Source of the DNA: Felis catus
Taxonomy: Eukaryota
Assembly: GCF_018350175.1 (NCBI RefSeq)
Contig: NC_058368.1
Location: 97,218,001 to 97,282,000, forward strand
Direction: 5' to 3'
DNA length: 64,000 nt
Each line of letters starts with the position of its first letter. The stretch's first letter is position 1. Both the position numbers and the translations under genes were made by a program. The notes under the pieces are model-generated. The model worked only from the letters and a program-made list of their open reading frames with translations. It did not search any database and was not told the DNA's origin. Shown here piece by piece: positions 51,331 through 64,000 of the stretch.

Positions 51331-51973
51331 ATTGTATGGTTTAGTCTTCCATTGTTTCTTAATATAGACTGACAGGGGTATGCCTGTATGGGGGTGAGTG
51401 TGTATAAAGAGATGTGTGTGCCCACACACACACACATAGGTGACTGACACCTGATGACTGACAGTCAGAAATGGGAAAAGCAATAGAAAACCAAATGTCA
51501 ACATTCTGGCCTTTTGATTCCTATTTTAATTAAATGAAACTCAAGTAATCTCACACTCATAAAATCGTATTCCTAGGCCACACTGTGAAAAGAATCACAC
51601 TTAAGGATGTGTGAGTAGGTAAGAATTTAAGTTTTTACTCATTAAATATGTAAACATGTGGAATGAGGGGGTGGGGTCTAACTCTTACCACGTAGTCACT
51701 TAATAAAATCAGGTGTTGTCTCTCATTTTCTGGTATCTCTGAAGTTCTAACAGTCTCTCATTCCTTTACAGCATTAAAACTGTCCCATCTCTGGACCCTT
51801 GTCCCTCAGTCCTCTTCCTCCCTTGTTTCTCTGAATGCATTTTGTCCCAAGAATTCTCTACAACTTGTATCCTTTCTCTCCTCAGAAGGTGGAAGATAAG
51901 GAGGACAGGAAGAGAAGGGGAAGGGAAGGGAGAGGGAGAGAAGTAAAGTGGGCATCATAAAAGATTCATTACA

Positions 51974-52190
51974 GGGGAACCTGGGTGCTTCACTCAGTTA
52001 AGTGGTGAAGTGTCCGACTTCAGCTCAGGTCATGACCTCATGGTTCATGAATTCGAGCCCCACATCAGACTCTCTGCTGTCAGTGAAGAGCCCACTATGG
52101 ATCCTCTGTTCTCCTCTCTTTCCCCTGCCCTGCTCGCTCACATGCTCTCTTTCTCTCAAAAAATAAATTTACATACAAACATAGTAAATA
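51974..52190 (+). mobile_element. Can-SINE
   Basis: TSD aaagattca(t/c)taca. Confidence 0.92.
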
Positions 52191-53004
52191 ATAAAAGATT
52201 CACTACAGAATGTGTTTAATTTTGGAATACATTCTTTAAAACATATTTAATAACATTTTAGTTAAAATCACTCTGCATTTCTACCAACGTAAAAAGATGG
52301 AAAACGGAGGGAGGGAAGAGATGGAGAAAAATGGTTGAGAAACTGCAATGATAAAAGAAAGCCCATGATTAAATAACTGTAAGAATAATTCATAATGTTG
52401 ATTAACTGTAATTACCAACTGCTTTGATATGTCATCAGGTCAACTAGAAAACCGAGCACAGCCAACTACTGCTTTCAATATTCAGTTCCATCACTGGAGA
52501 AATTTATAATAAACATCTGATTACAACAAAATCTTTGGGAAACATGAAAAACTCACAGTGATTTTTGTTTATTGGAACAAATTTGATTTTTAAAAAATAA
52601 GTTTGGAAAAACCGAAATTAAAAAATATAAAAATAAATTAAGAAGAAGTTTTTTATTTCAGTGAGTAGCTTTACTTCTTACCATGGCCCACATGACTGCA
52701 TGAAAATTCAGAATCTGAAATTTATCAAGTGTTAGAAGACTTCAAAATGTCCTTCACAAATTATCTCTCCAGGAATTATCTAGTAACCGGATATATTAAG
52801 AGTAAATAACTAAAGTCTGTACTATGATTAACAGGCATGTTATATAGCACGTTAATGGGATCTTCTCACAATGTCTATTATGCACATGTGCTGTATCACC
52901 TTCATCACATTTGATATGATGAGTGGGAACAAAAAGAAATCCTGTCAATCCATCTTCTTGAGAAGTCATAGGTACAATAATAATTTGTCAGAAAGTGACT
53001 TGCC

Positions 53005-53223
53005 TTTTTTTTTTTCCTTAACTTTTTTTTATTCTTTATTTTTGAGAGACAGAGAGACAGACCATGAGCAGGGGAGGAGCAGAGAGAGACACAGAATCCG
53101 AAGCAGGCTCCAGGCTCTGAACTGTTAGCACAGAGCCCATTGCAGGGCTCAAACCCACAGTCCGTGAGATCATGACCTGAGCTGAAGTTGGAAGCTCAAC
53201 GAACTGAACCACACAGGTGCCCC
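53005..53223 (-). mobile_element. Can-SINE
   Basis: TSD agaaagtgac(t/c)tg. Confidence 0.94.
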
Positions 53224-53464
53224 AGAAAGTGACCTGTCTTCTTAAATAAAAGTTCAAGGAAATCTGAGGCAAAATTTACAATTCTCAGAAAAGAAAAAAT
53301 TAAAATTTGATGAAAGTATGAGGCTCTATGGAAAGACCAGGATTTTTATATCAAACCTGACAATAGCTAACCACTTAGTTTCAATAAGGTCATTTTGCTT
53401 CTCAGTTCCTCTTCATCGACAAAAATCAGATACATGGACCTGAGGGTGTAAAACCTAATCCTAA

Positions 53465-53600
53465 GATTACATATAATATATATTATTAACTATAATTATA
53501 TATTAATTACATATCACAATACAATTAATTATATATTAATAATTTCAAGATATAATATAATTAATATGATTGTTGTAATATTGATATATCATATTATATA
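53465..53600. repeat. Extremely AT-rich low-complexity tract
   Basis: Near-pure A/T sequence (atataatatatattattaactataattata...). Confidence 0.8.
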
Positions 53601-53969
53601 GAAACTTAATTTCCAAATATTAGAAGCCATGCTGATTCAAAGAACACTTCAGTAATTTTGATCTTTTTGGAACCTGGTTCTCCAAGGGTTTAGACTGTTT
53701 GAGTACTCTTGCTGTAACTTCTTGAGGAACAGGAAAATCAGTGCCGGGTTTAGAATTCTACTGGTATGGATTCTAAGCCTATACTATAACTCCCATTTTA
53801 GAAACACCCAACTCTTCCAGTTCTAGATCCTGCATTCAGTCTTTGCCAATGATTCCCTGAATTGCCTAAAATTTGAATTCCTGGAAACACTTGTTGTTAT
53901 AATGCCTTCCTTTCTTCTCTAACATTAAATCTTAAATATATATTTAATATATAAGAATACCAGATAACA

Positions 53970-55730
53970 TACCTAGGAATAAATCTAACCAAAGAGGTGA
54001 AAAATCTATACACTGAAAACTATAGAAAGCTTATAAACTGAAGAAGACACAAAAAAATGGAAAAAGATTCCATGCTCCTGGATAAGAAGAACAAATAGTT
54101 AAAATGTCAATACTACCCAAAGCAATCTACATATTCAATGCAGTACCTATCAAAATAACACCAGCATTCTTCACAGAACTAGAACAAACAATCCTAAAAT
54201 TTGTATGGAACCAGAAAAGACCCCGAATAGCCAAAGCAATCTTGAAAAAGAAAACCAAAGCAGGAGACATCACAATCCCAGACTTCAAGCTATACTACAA
54301 AGCTGTAATCATCAAAACAGTATGGTACTGGCACAAGAACAGATAATCAATGGAACAGAATAGAGAACCCAGAAATGGACCAACAAATGCATGGCCAACT
54401 AATCTCTGAAAAAGCAGGAAAGAATATCCAATGGAATAAACACAGTCTCTTCAGCAAATGATGCTGGGAAAACTGGACAGAGACATGCAGAAAAATGAAC
54501 CTGGACCACTTTCTTACATCATACACAAAAAATGAACTCAAAATGGATGAAAGACCTCAATGTAAGACAGGAAGCCATCAAAATCCTCGAGGAGAAAGCA
54601 GGCAAAAACCTCTTTGATCTTGGCTGCAGCAACTTCTTACTCAACACATCTCCAGAGGCAAGGGAAACAAAAGCAAAAATGAACTGTTGGGACTTCATCA
54701 AAATAAAAAGCTTCTGCACAGCAAAGGGAACAATCAGCAAAACTAAAAGGCAACCAACAGAATGGGAGAAGATATTTGCAAACGACATATCAGATAAAGG
54801 GTTAGTATCTAAAATCTATAAAGAACTGATCAAACTCAACACCCAAAAAACAAATGATCCAGTGAAGAAATGGGCAAAAGAAATGAATAGACACTTCTCC
54901 AAAGAAGATATCCAGATGGCCAATCGACACGTGAAAAAAATGCTCAACATCACTCATCATCAGGGAAATACAAATCAAAACCACAATGAGATACCAACTC
55001 ACACCTGTCAGAATAGCTAACATTAACAACTCAGGCAACAAGAGATGTTGATGAGGATGTGGAGAAAGAAGATCTCTTTTGCACTGCTGGTGGGAGTGCA
55101 AACTGGTGCAGCCACTCTGGAAAACAGTATGGAGGATTCTCAAAAAATTAAAAATAGAACTACCCTACAACCCAGCAATTGCACTACTAGGCATTTATCC
55201 ACAGGCTACAGGTGTGCTGTTTTGAAGGGACACATCCACCCCCATGTTTATAGCAGCACTATCGACAATAGCCAAAGTATGGAAAGAGCCCACATGTCCA
55301 TCGATGGATGAATGGATAAAGAAGATGTGTATATATATACAATGGAGTATTACTCGGCAATCAAAAAGAATGAAATCTTGCCACTTGAAACTACATGGAC
55401 GGAACTGGAGGATATTATGCTAAGTTAAATTAGAGAAAGACAAATATCATATGACTTCACTCATATGAGGACTTTAAGAAACGGAACAGATGAACACAAG
55501 GGAAGGGAAGCAAAAATAATATAAAAACAGGGAGGGAGACAAAACATAAGAGACTCATAAATATGGAGAACAAACAGAGGGTTACTGGAGGGGTTGTGGG
55601 TGGGGGTGGGCTAAATGGGTAAAGGGCATTAAGGAATCTACTCCTGAAATCATGTTTGCACTATATGCTAAGTAAATGGATGTAAATTTAAAAAATAAAA
55701 TTTAATAAAATTTAAAAAATAAAAAAATAA
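53970..55730 (+). mobile_element. 5'-truncated carnivore L1 (ORF2 3' part + 3' UTR), antisense in the DTWD2 intron
   Basis: ORF2 peptides at 54104-54346 and 54532-55020 with stops/frameshifts; TSD aagaataccagataaca/aggaatagcagataaca. Confidence 0.95.
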
Positions 55731-55747
55731 AGGAATAGCAGATAACA

Positions 55748-55913
55748 GGAGCACCTAGATAGTAAGTTAAGCATCCAGCTCTTGATTTATAGGCACAGGT
55801 AATGATCTCATGGTTCGTGAGATCAAGCCCTGCATCGGGGTCTGCACTGACAACACAGAACTTGCTTGGGACTCTCTGTCTCCTTTTCTCTCAGCCCCAC
55901 ACCCCTCCCTTTC

Positions 55914-55962
<49 letters not shown>

Positions 55963-55993
55963 ATAAATAAATTTAAAAATAAAAGAAACAAAA
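55748..55993 (+). mobile_element. Can-SINE
   Basis: Diverged head directly after the L1 TSD, (CT)n, A tail. Confidence 0.9.
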
Positions 55994-56849
55994 AAGAAAT
56001 GCAAGATAATAGTTTGATGGCTATGATCACTGTTCAGATGCCTTCAAAAAGGGCTTTTTCAAATGTCTCCTTCCTAAGTACATCTTTAGCTTGATATAAA
56101 TGTCTTATATCATTAAAAGTCTGGGTGACATAGCATGTGCAGTGGTTTAGTCATTGCTTTTAGGGCCACAAAATAAGTAAGTACGTTATCCAAGGAAATA
56201 ACATGCCATGGCATCTCTGAATAATAAAACATATGCATTTTTAAAATAACTTACTATTATATTAATTCTTTTATCAAACAAAACACACTAAAATAAGACC
56301 TCAAAATTAAATTTTAATTCATACCTCCCATCCCCACAAATGTTATATTTTTATAATTTGATGGCAATTATTTGTTATCTGTGCTCAGGCAATTTTAAGG
56401 CAAGCGTCATTACTCCATAAAACTATTGTGCTTCTCAATTATTAAGAGTCACAAAACTTTCTAATCACTTGATCAGCTTGCTTACAGGTTTCTAGGAAAA
56501 GCAATCTACTTCCCAGGCATTCTGAAATAACTCTAGTCTGGAAAAGGCTGAAATAAACTCCCTTTTAATAGATCCTGAAGTCTTCACCACTGGAAGACAC
56601 ACATAAAAACCCTCCTTTCTGCAGCAGCCTTTCTTCTATGACTTTGCACAAGCAAGATTCATCATCTGAGCCTACGAGCAAACCTCTGAGAGGCAGAACA
56701 TCTTTTCTCCTAGCCTCAATCTTTCAATCCCTTTCATTCCTTTCATTCCCTTAGTTTAATTCAACAATATGATCTAACAGTTGGAAGAGCCCAACCTTGG
56801 CATCAGACAGTTGCCAGATCTGACACAGACTGACCCACGTATGTTCAAA

Positions 56850-57080
56850 GTTTTATGCGCTTACTGGACACTAAGTGCCCTTCCAGATAATGTACTCATA
56901 TTGTCTCTTTTAAGACTCACAAACACCCTGTGAAGTAAGTACTACTATGATCTCCATTGTACAGAGGAGGAAACTGAAGTGCAGAGGGTGAAGTTAAGTA
57001 AGTCAAAGTTCTAAAATCAGTCGTGGTGAAGCAGATACGTGAATCTATAAAACCTTATTCAGGAGTGGAACTCTTATCAC
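56850..57080 (-). mobile_element. MIR
   Basis: 'ccattgtacagaggaggaaactgaagtgcagaggg' core. Confidence 0.7.
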
Positions 57081-57637
57081 CAGGCTAATAATTAAAGGCT
57101 AGGAGAACCTCAACACGTGAAACAAAAACAACAAAGCTATTCTGTAAAGCAAGACTAAGGCACCCCCTCAAGAATTTTAGGTTTCTTCTGAACATCGTTT
57201 TAACAACACTGATATAGAAGGAAGCGTCCTCTACCCAAGAGTGAAAAGTACTCATAAACATCAGTGTCCATGTCTTACTCCAGCCCTGCTGCACTCTGAA
57301 GCCTGCAAAACTTTTTCATAGGGTAGAGATTTCAGGATTAATGTTGAAACTCAGGAAAACTGATAAAAATAAAATTAAAATAGGCATTAGTTATAGATAA
57401 AATGGTAATATTAGTGCTACTTCCTAAAATACATGATTATTTGTCTTTTTCTAGGATGGCTTGAGGAACTGCACCTTACAACAGAACTTCTACGGGAAAA
57501 TCTGCTTCCAAAACAACAACAACAAAAAACTTATAGAATAGATTTGGTTTAAAACTTAGCACTTTCTTATACATCAAAATGAGAAATAAAGTTACGTGCT
57601 AATTCTCCAACATACAAAAACTTTCATGTTAACCTGG

Positions 57638-57658
57638 AGAACTGCCCTCTAGTGGAGC
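57638..57658 (-). promoter_or_regulatory. CTCF core motif (intronic)
   Basis: Minus strand GCTCCACTAGAGGGCAGT. Confidence 0.6.
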
Positions 57659-57789
57659 TTATTAAAATTTAGGCCTACAGGGTTCTAAAAGATATTTGTC
57701 TTAGGGTCAAGGGTTGAATAAAGTTTCCTATCTTTTCTCAGATTTCTCTAAAGCAGTGATGGAAATGGCAGTTTACAGTAAAAAGAGTA

Positions 57790-57990
57790 GGGCACCTGGG
57801 TGGCTCAGTCAGTTGAGCGTCCAACTTCAGCTCAGGTCATGACCTCAAGCTGTGAGTTTGAGCTGTGAGTTCAAGACCCACATCAGGCTTACTGCTGTCA
57901 GTACAGACATTTCAGACCTTCTGTCCATCTCTCTCTCACCACCCCTCCCTGCTCTCTCGCTCTCTCTCTCAAAAATAAACATTAAAATAA
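57790..57990 (+). mobile_element. Can-SINE
   Basis: Head with a duplicated 'agctgtgagtt'. Confidence 0.9.
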
Positions 57991-58210
57991 ATTGTCCAAC
58001 TTAAATATGCTTACAGATATGCATTCTTTCATATTAGGTTTATATCAGTTTATATCCTTTATCAAGAAACTTAAATTAGAAACTTATTTAGGATATGAGA
58101 AATTGATGAACGAACTAGTCTTATCTAAATAATAATAGTCAACTTTCTAATGTCTTGCTAGTCAAACATTTCTCACCAAAGATAAATTTCATTTAAGAAT
58201 TAGCAGCTCT

Positions 58211-58337
58211 GGGGCACCTGGGTAGCTCAGTCAGTTGAGCATCCGACTCTTGATTTCAGCTTAGGTCATGATCTCACGGTTCATGGGTTTGAGCCCTGCA
58301 TAGGGCTCTGTGCTGACAGTGCAGAGCCTGCTTGGGA

Positions 58338-58388
<51 letters not shown>

Positions 58389-58440
58389 CTTCCACTGCTT
58401 GCACTCTCTCTCTCAAAAATAAACAAACATTTACAGAAAA
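58211..58440 (+). mobile_element. Can-SINE
   Basis: TSD tagcag(c/t)tct. Confidence 0.94.
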
Positions 58441-60614
58441 ATAACTAGCAGTTCTATCTGTTTCAAAAGCTGTCATGGCTTCATAAATGGTTCTAGAAAA
58501 ATGAATCGTCAATTAGGCCGGGTGTGAAATAAAGCACACATTATACTATTACTTCATAAGTTCGTTTGCCACCTAAGATTTTTATTTTAAAATTTACTCT
58601 GTGTTAAACTGTATGATATTTTATTGATTAAAAACATTTGTCTCTTCTGTAACTTCAAACCGAAATAATGTGTGTGGACTGGGAGGCAGGGAAGCACAAC
58701 TAAAAGCATGAGATGGGAAGAGACACACACCTACATTTAAATCTACAGAAGAGTGGTATGACCTCCAGCAAGTTTCTTGAACTCTCAGAGCCTAAAACAT
58801 TAACAGCTTTAAGGAGCTGCCATATACAAAGTGTTGAGCAACAGCTGCATACAATAAGCACTCAACACAGGTAAGGTGTGGATAAGGGTGGTGTCATGGG
58901 AATGAGGATGGCAGCACTGGCGATATCCAATGTTTCCTTCCTAATTTAACGACTAAGGGCGAAGCTCTCAGCTTTACCGCAATAAAGCCACACAAGGAGC
59001 CTGGCCAAGGGTGAGGGATGAGATGGAATTTAGGACAGAGCCAGAAGTCAACTTTCACAGGATGGAAGGAGGAAACCTACAGAACAGGTAGGGAAAAAGC
59101 AGACTCGGAAGCAGGAGAGATAACGAGAGGTTTTACTGAATCCTGGAGAAGAACAAGTTATCTGGGCAGATAAATAAAATATTCCTAGAGTTACAAGCCT
59201 GTAAAAAAAGAAATGCAGAAATATTTTCACTAAAAATATACTTGCAGACAAGGAATATATTAGGTTTTTACTCTTTCATCTTTTAAGTATGTGAGCTGAG
59301 CTTCAATAAAAAAGTGCAATCATCACTGAAGTTATTAGATCTTGTACCAAATCTTTACATATTTCTTTAAAACATTCCCACACAACCCTATATAACAGAA
59401 AAGACAGACCAGAAATCTGTTAGAGTTTTTGAAAATCACTTTTAAAAGAAAAAAATTCCATTTCTTGCATGATCTTGCATGAGTATTCTATCTGCCTAGT
59501 GCTTTCAACATATTTTCTTATCTTCCTCTTCCTCTTCACAATTGTGACTTATCTGTGATGTTTAAGTGATTTTACAACAGTGCAGACATACATAAAAAAG
59601 ACTTAGTCAACAACAGTATTGTTTCTTTGAACAATACAGAGTTCAGGACACCTAAACAGTAAAAAATTACGGGTTGCAAAGTATCATGACTGCTAAGACC
59701 TGACTTGATTTATACAAAATAATTTGACTTTTTGTGTACAACTGAACCAAATACATTCTGTATTTTATTGAGCAACATTGCAAAAAACCAAAATAAGAGG
59801 AGACATACACTATGTTCATACCATGGAAAACTAAATATTATACAGGTGTTAATTCTCAAAATTTGACTTATAAGTCAATTAAATTTCAATAAAAATCTGA
59901 AGAGGTTTTAGTGTAGTTTCATGAAACTGATTCTGAAATTACGTGTTAATGCAAAGTGGAAAAAATATGAAGATATTCTAGAAGAACCCAGCAGAAGAAC
60001 TTGTTCTACCAGTAAGACCTAGTGTAAAGCAACATTAATTAAGGCAGTGTGGAACTGGCAGAAACGTACAAAGCAACAGAAAAGAATTTAAAGCAGAGAA
60101 ATATACTCTCACATGAGTGCACAAGTGATACATGACAGAGGTGGCACTCCAACACAGTGAGTTCTGTACTGGCATTTTCAGTGAATGGTGCTGGGAAAAT
60201 AAATGTGCAAAAATCCAGACAGCCAAATGGGAGGGGAAAAAGTGAAATTAGACTCACAGCTCACACCAAACACAAAAATCAATTACAGGTAGATTAAATA
60301 CAAACATAAAAGATAAAATTCCAAATTTTTAGAAGATAAGATGAGAATTTGAGAGGGAAGAATGAATGCTGTAACACAAAAGACGCTAACTTGAAAAAAA
60401 AGAAAACTGAGAAATTCAACGGCATTAAAATCTAAACTTCCATTTACAAGAACACAGTATAAAAAGAGTGGAAAAACAATATATTTGCAATATATACAAC
60501 TACCAAATGATGGCTGAGATACAAAATATATAAAGAACTCCTGGAAACAAACAAGAATGAAACGCAAAAAGCCAAAAGAAAAATGGTTAAGAGATGTAAG
60601 AAGCACTTCAACAA

Positions 60615-60930
60615 GGCAAAACTAAGATATAAACAGAAAGGGGACAAACCATAAGAGACTCTTAAATGCAGAGAACAAACTGAGGGGTGCTGGCAGGGTG
60701 TTGGGTGCAGGGATGGGCTACATGGGCGAGGAGCACTGAGAAGGGCACTTGTTGGGATGAGCACTGGGTGTTATATGTAAGTGATGAATCACTAAATTTT
60801 ACTCCTGAAACCAATACTACACTATAAGTTAATTAACTTGAATTAAAAATTTTTTAAAATAGTAATAATAATAAAATAAATTAAAATAAATTAAAAATGA
60901 AAAAATAAAAATATATTTTAAAAAATAAGC
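60615..60930 (+). mobile_element. Carnivore L1 3'-UTR stub inserted in the old L1
   Basis: Perfect 14-bp TSD aagcacttcaacaa (60601-60614/60931-60944); 'ataagagactcttaaatgcagagaacaaactgagg'. Confidence 0.9.
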
Positions 60931-61346
60931 AAGCACTTCAACAAAGAGTACATCTAAGTGGCTAATACACATATAAAAAGGTGTTAAATCACATTAATAA
61001 TCATGAAAAAATTAAAACAAAATGAGGAGATACTACACACTCATCAGATTGGCAGAAAATCTGTAACATTGACATCACCAAAATGTTAGAGAGAACAAAT
61101 GCCAGACATCGCTGGTGGGAATGTAAACAGTTACAATCACTTTATAACACTTTGGTTAAATCTAGTAAAACAGAAATTATGCTTAACCCATGACCCATAT
61201 ATTTCATTTCTAGGTATACACTGACAGGAACTCTTGCATATGTACATCAAGTCATATGCACAACAACATTCAGAGCATCACTTATCATAATAGCTGCAAG
61301 CTGAAAACAACCCCAATGTTTATCAACAATAGAACGCACAGTGATA

Positions 61347-61564
61347 GGAGCACCTGGATGGCTCAGTCAGTTAAGTGTCCAACTTCAGTTCAGGTCATGA
61401 TCTCACAGTTCCAAGTTCAAGTCCCGCGTCAGGCTCTGTGCGGACAGCTCAGAGCCTGGAGCCTGCTTCAAATTCTGTGTCTCCCTCTCTCTCTGCCCCT
61501 CCCTCACTTGTGTTCTCTCTCTCTCCCTCTCTCAAAAATAAATAAACTTTAAAAAAAAAAAAAA
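61347..61564 (+). mobile_element. Can-SINE
   Basis: TSD agaa(c/t)gcacagt. Confidence 0.94.
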
Positions 61565-62733
61565 GAATGCACAGTATGGTTCAAAACTTGGGCAAAAGTG
61601 GATCATTTGGGAATACATATACCTATAAATAAAAAAGAGATAATTATGATAGGGGTCAAGGTACTGTTACCTTTGGCCGTAAGAAAGAAGGTAGTGAAAG
61701 AGGTACTGACATGTGGTGGAAAGTGGGTCTGAGCCTTTTGGGGTGCCAACAACGTTCTATTTCTTGACTTGAATGGCAGTTACAATAGGATTAAGTATTT
61801 CTTGCCTCTAAACATGGTGTATGCACATCTTAAAATAAAACATGCTGTTAAAAATTCTCATGATGAGCATTAGCTGCATAAATACTCCTTCTTTATCACT
61901 AGAAGTTTTCTCTGCTATACAAAACACTGAAATCAACAGAAAACAGAGGATAGTTGTTGGTAATTAGCTGTGTGACCTTGGGTAGGCTACTTCGGTTACA
62001 GGGTCTCACTGTATTACTAAATAAAATAATTGATTTAAATCTATCTCTGAGATTCTTTCAAGCACTAAAATTCTTGGCTTCTCATCTCCCATCACTTAGG
62101 TAAACACTATCAGGGCCCTGATTAAATCTCATGTTTATTCTCTCCACTCTTCATTGTACAGCAAAGTGGAAAAAGTTGCATATGCAGTATCAAATACATG
62201 TATGTGCAAACATAATATTATTTCACTATTATGTAAAGAACAATAATCAGCCAAACTGTGACCCTGATCTCTACTTTCTTGTCAGCCTAAAAGAGTGCTA
62301 GGAATGTAAATAGCTGCTGACTGATAAATAAGTTTTTAAAACTCAAATATGCAATGATCACTCTGTCTGACAGCTGAAAAGGTGCTAAGAGAAATACAAA
62401 CATGCATTATATTTTGTAGTGTTATGGAATTTAATTTTATTAAGACCACTGTCCATTCAAGTGTAGTCAACATACTGAGATGTTAGCTAATGCCTATACT
62501 TGCTCTGTTCATTTTCTCAGACTATTTAAGAATGCTAGTGAAATCCAAAAAGTGAACTGGTATTTCTTAAATGAATTCATTCAAACACAATTTGGGTGAC
62601 ATAAAAGCCTTGCTTAATTGTCATTAATGATACAATACGTTCCCCTCAGAGAGAGCATAATTCTGTCAACTTTGCAGCGTGAAAAATATGTACATAAATG
62701 TCAGATATGGACCTTAAGAAATGAATTCATTTT

Positions 62734-62904
62734 GGGGCTCCTGGGTGTCTCCGTCAGTTAAGTGTCTGACTCTTGGTTTTGGTTCAGGTCATGATTTCAC
62801 GGTTTCATGGGTTTGAGCCCCACTTCAGGCTCTACGTGGACAATGTGGAGCCTGCTTGGGATTCTCTTTCTCCCTCTCTCTCTGCCCCTCCCCCACTCAC
62901 ACTG

Positions 62905-62947
<43 letters not shown>

Positions 62948-62968
62948 AAATAAATAAACTTAAGAAAA
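62734..62968 (+). mobile_element. Can-SINE
   Basis: TSD aaatgaat(t/g)catttt. Confidence 0.94.
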
Positions 62969-63599
62969 TAAATGAATGCATTTTTAGTGACACATATAAG
63001 GCTGATGAATTTGTACCCCAAAAAGGAGTGAAACAATGTTAACTGCAAAGGAGAATGAGAAGACTATGGAAAAAGGAATATGAAGTGGAGAATTCTCATC
63101 AAATTACAGGGATTTCTTTTCTACTCAGTAAGAAAAACAATTATCATTTTAAATCAAAACTGAATTTTCCCAAAGCTTATCATTCATCTTTTCAAGCGAT
63201 TTAAGTGAAAATTCTATTAGATGGTTAATCAAAACAGTGGCATGTTAATTCCACACTTCTTTGTGGAAAGCATTAGTTACAATGAAAGCATCAACTATGA
63301 TGATATGCAATATTTAACAAATTGTGGTTTACTGTTATATTGTTTTTCACCATCTGCTTAATGAAAGCTTCTCCTGTAGTTTAACTTACTATCATCTTAT
63401 TAAGATTCCCATCACTTGCTTAATCCCTAGAAAAGCTATTTGTGTATATTTAATTTATTGACAATATCTAGAGAACCTAACTCTATCTATATTAATTAGT
63501 TCCTTTTATACTAGACAAGGTCAACATTCTAAGCCAGAGACATAGACACAAAATCTTTGTAACTGTTAGTATGATTTCTATGTCTGAATAACTTTTTCT

Positions 63600-64000
63600 C
63601 CAAAGACAGTACTCAGTTCCAATACACCATCATTTCTAGCCTGAATCCCTGCAAATGCCTATCTGGACATCCTGTGTCTGCTGTAGTCTTCTTGTAAATC
63701 ATTCTCTATGTGTCAATCAAGTGATTCTTTTAAAAAAAAAAAAAGATCGCATTATTACTCAGATGAAAATCCTCAACTTGACACAAAGCAAAATCCTTCA
63801 CACAGTCTGTAAATCACCTATTACATAACACCACCCTTCCCCCTCCGTCACTACATACCAGCCACACTAAGTATGGAAATGTCTTCACTCTTTGCTTTGC
63901 TTGGCTAACTACAGCCAAGTTCAGCTTTGGCTGAGCTCCTTCAGCTCTCAAATGCTACAGACGTCTTCATGAGTCTCCAGCTTCAGTCAAACCTCCATTT
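63600..64000 (+). mobile_element. L2 relic
   Basis: 'catcatttctagcctgaatccctgcaa...gtgattctttt...ccagccacact' resembles L2. Confidence 0.5.

Larger units (their letters stand above)
59775..61700 (+). mobile_element. Old decayed L1 ORF2/3' region with younger insertions
   Basis: Colinear L1 motifs 'aatggtgctgggaaaa', 'aatatttgcaatatatac', 'gctggtgggaatgtaaa'. Confidence 0.75.

Noticed and set aside
54532..55020. Longest ORF in the track (162 aa)
   Set aside because: L1 ORF2 remnant within a truncated, frameshifted copy; not a host gene.
6103..63048. Recurring ORF family MAQSVKRPTSAQVMIS... (e.g. 6103, 13133, 18829, 24165) that looks like a dispersed small-protein family
   Set aside because: All are translations of Can-SINE bodies, mostly from non-ATG starts, with no evidence of coding function.
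50357..64000. Further upstream DTWD2 exons
   Set aside because: I saw no minus-strand frame with DTW-domain residues and splice sites; upstream exons probably lie beyond the window.
1..64000. CRISPR array, operon or novel multi-gene system
   Set aside because: This is mammalian DNA; the repeated units are dispersed SINEs with TSDs, not regularly spaced repeats, and there are no long unexplained ORFs.

Overview
Eukaryotic (mammalian) genomic DNA from a cat-family carnivore, judged from abundant felid-type Can-SINEs and young felid-type L1. The only protein-coding content I can support is the last two coding exons of DTWD2 (tRNA acp3U aminocarboxypropyltransferase 2) on the minus strand (50228-50356 and 44500-44670), with canonical GT-AG phase-0 junctions. 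50357-64000 is intron, and 1-44499 is 3' UTR plus downstream intergenic DNA. The rest is largely transposon-derived: 36 Can-SINEs by my count, L1 fragments of several ages, MER58/MER5/MER102-like DNA elements, MLT1/MER21-like LTRs, L2/CR1/MIR and microsatellites. Apart from the DTWD2 exons and L1 ORF2 remnants, the ORF track is noise. I found no convincing new multi-gene system. The most interesting signals are small-scale: a probable L1 3' transduction (21.0-21.7 kb), repeated re-use of the same insertion target, a SINE carrying a probable source-locus tag, strong CTCF motifs, an L1 inserted ~0.6 kb past the DTWD2 stop, and a retroelement strand bias extending far beyond the gene. Repeat family names come from recalled consensus sequences, not a database search; boundaries of old repeats are approximate.
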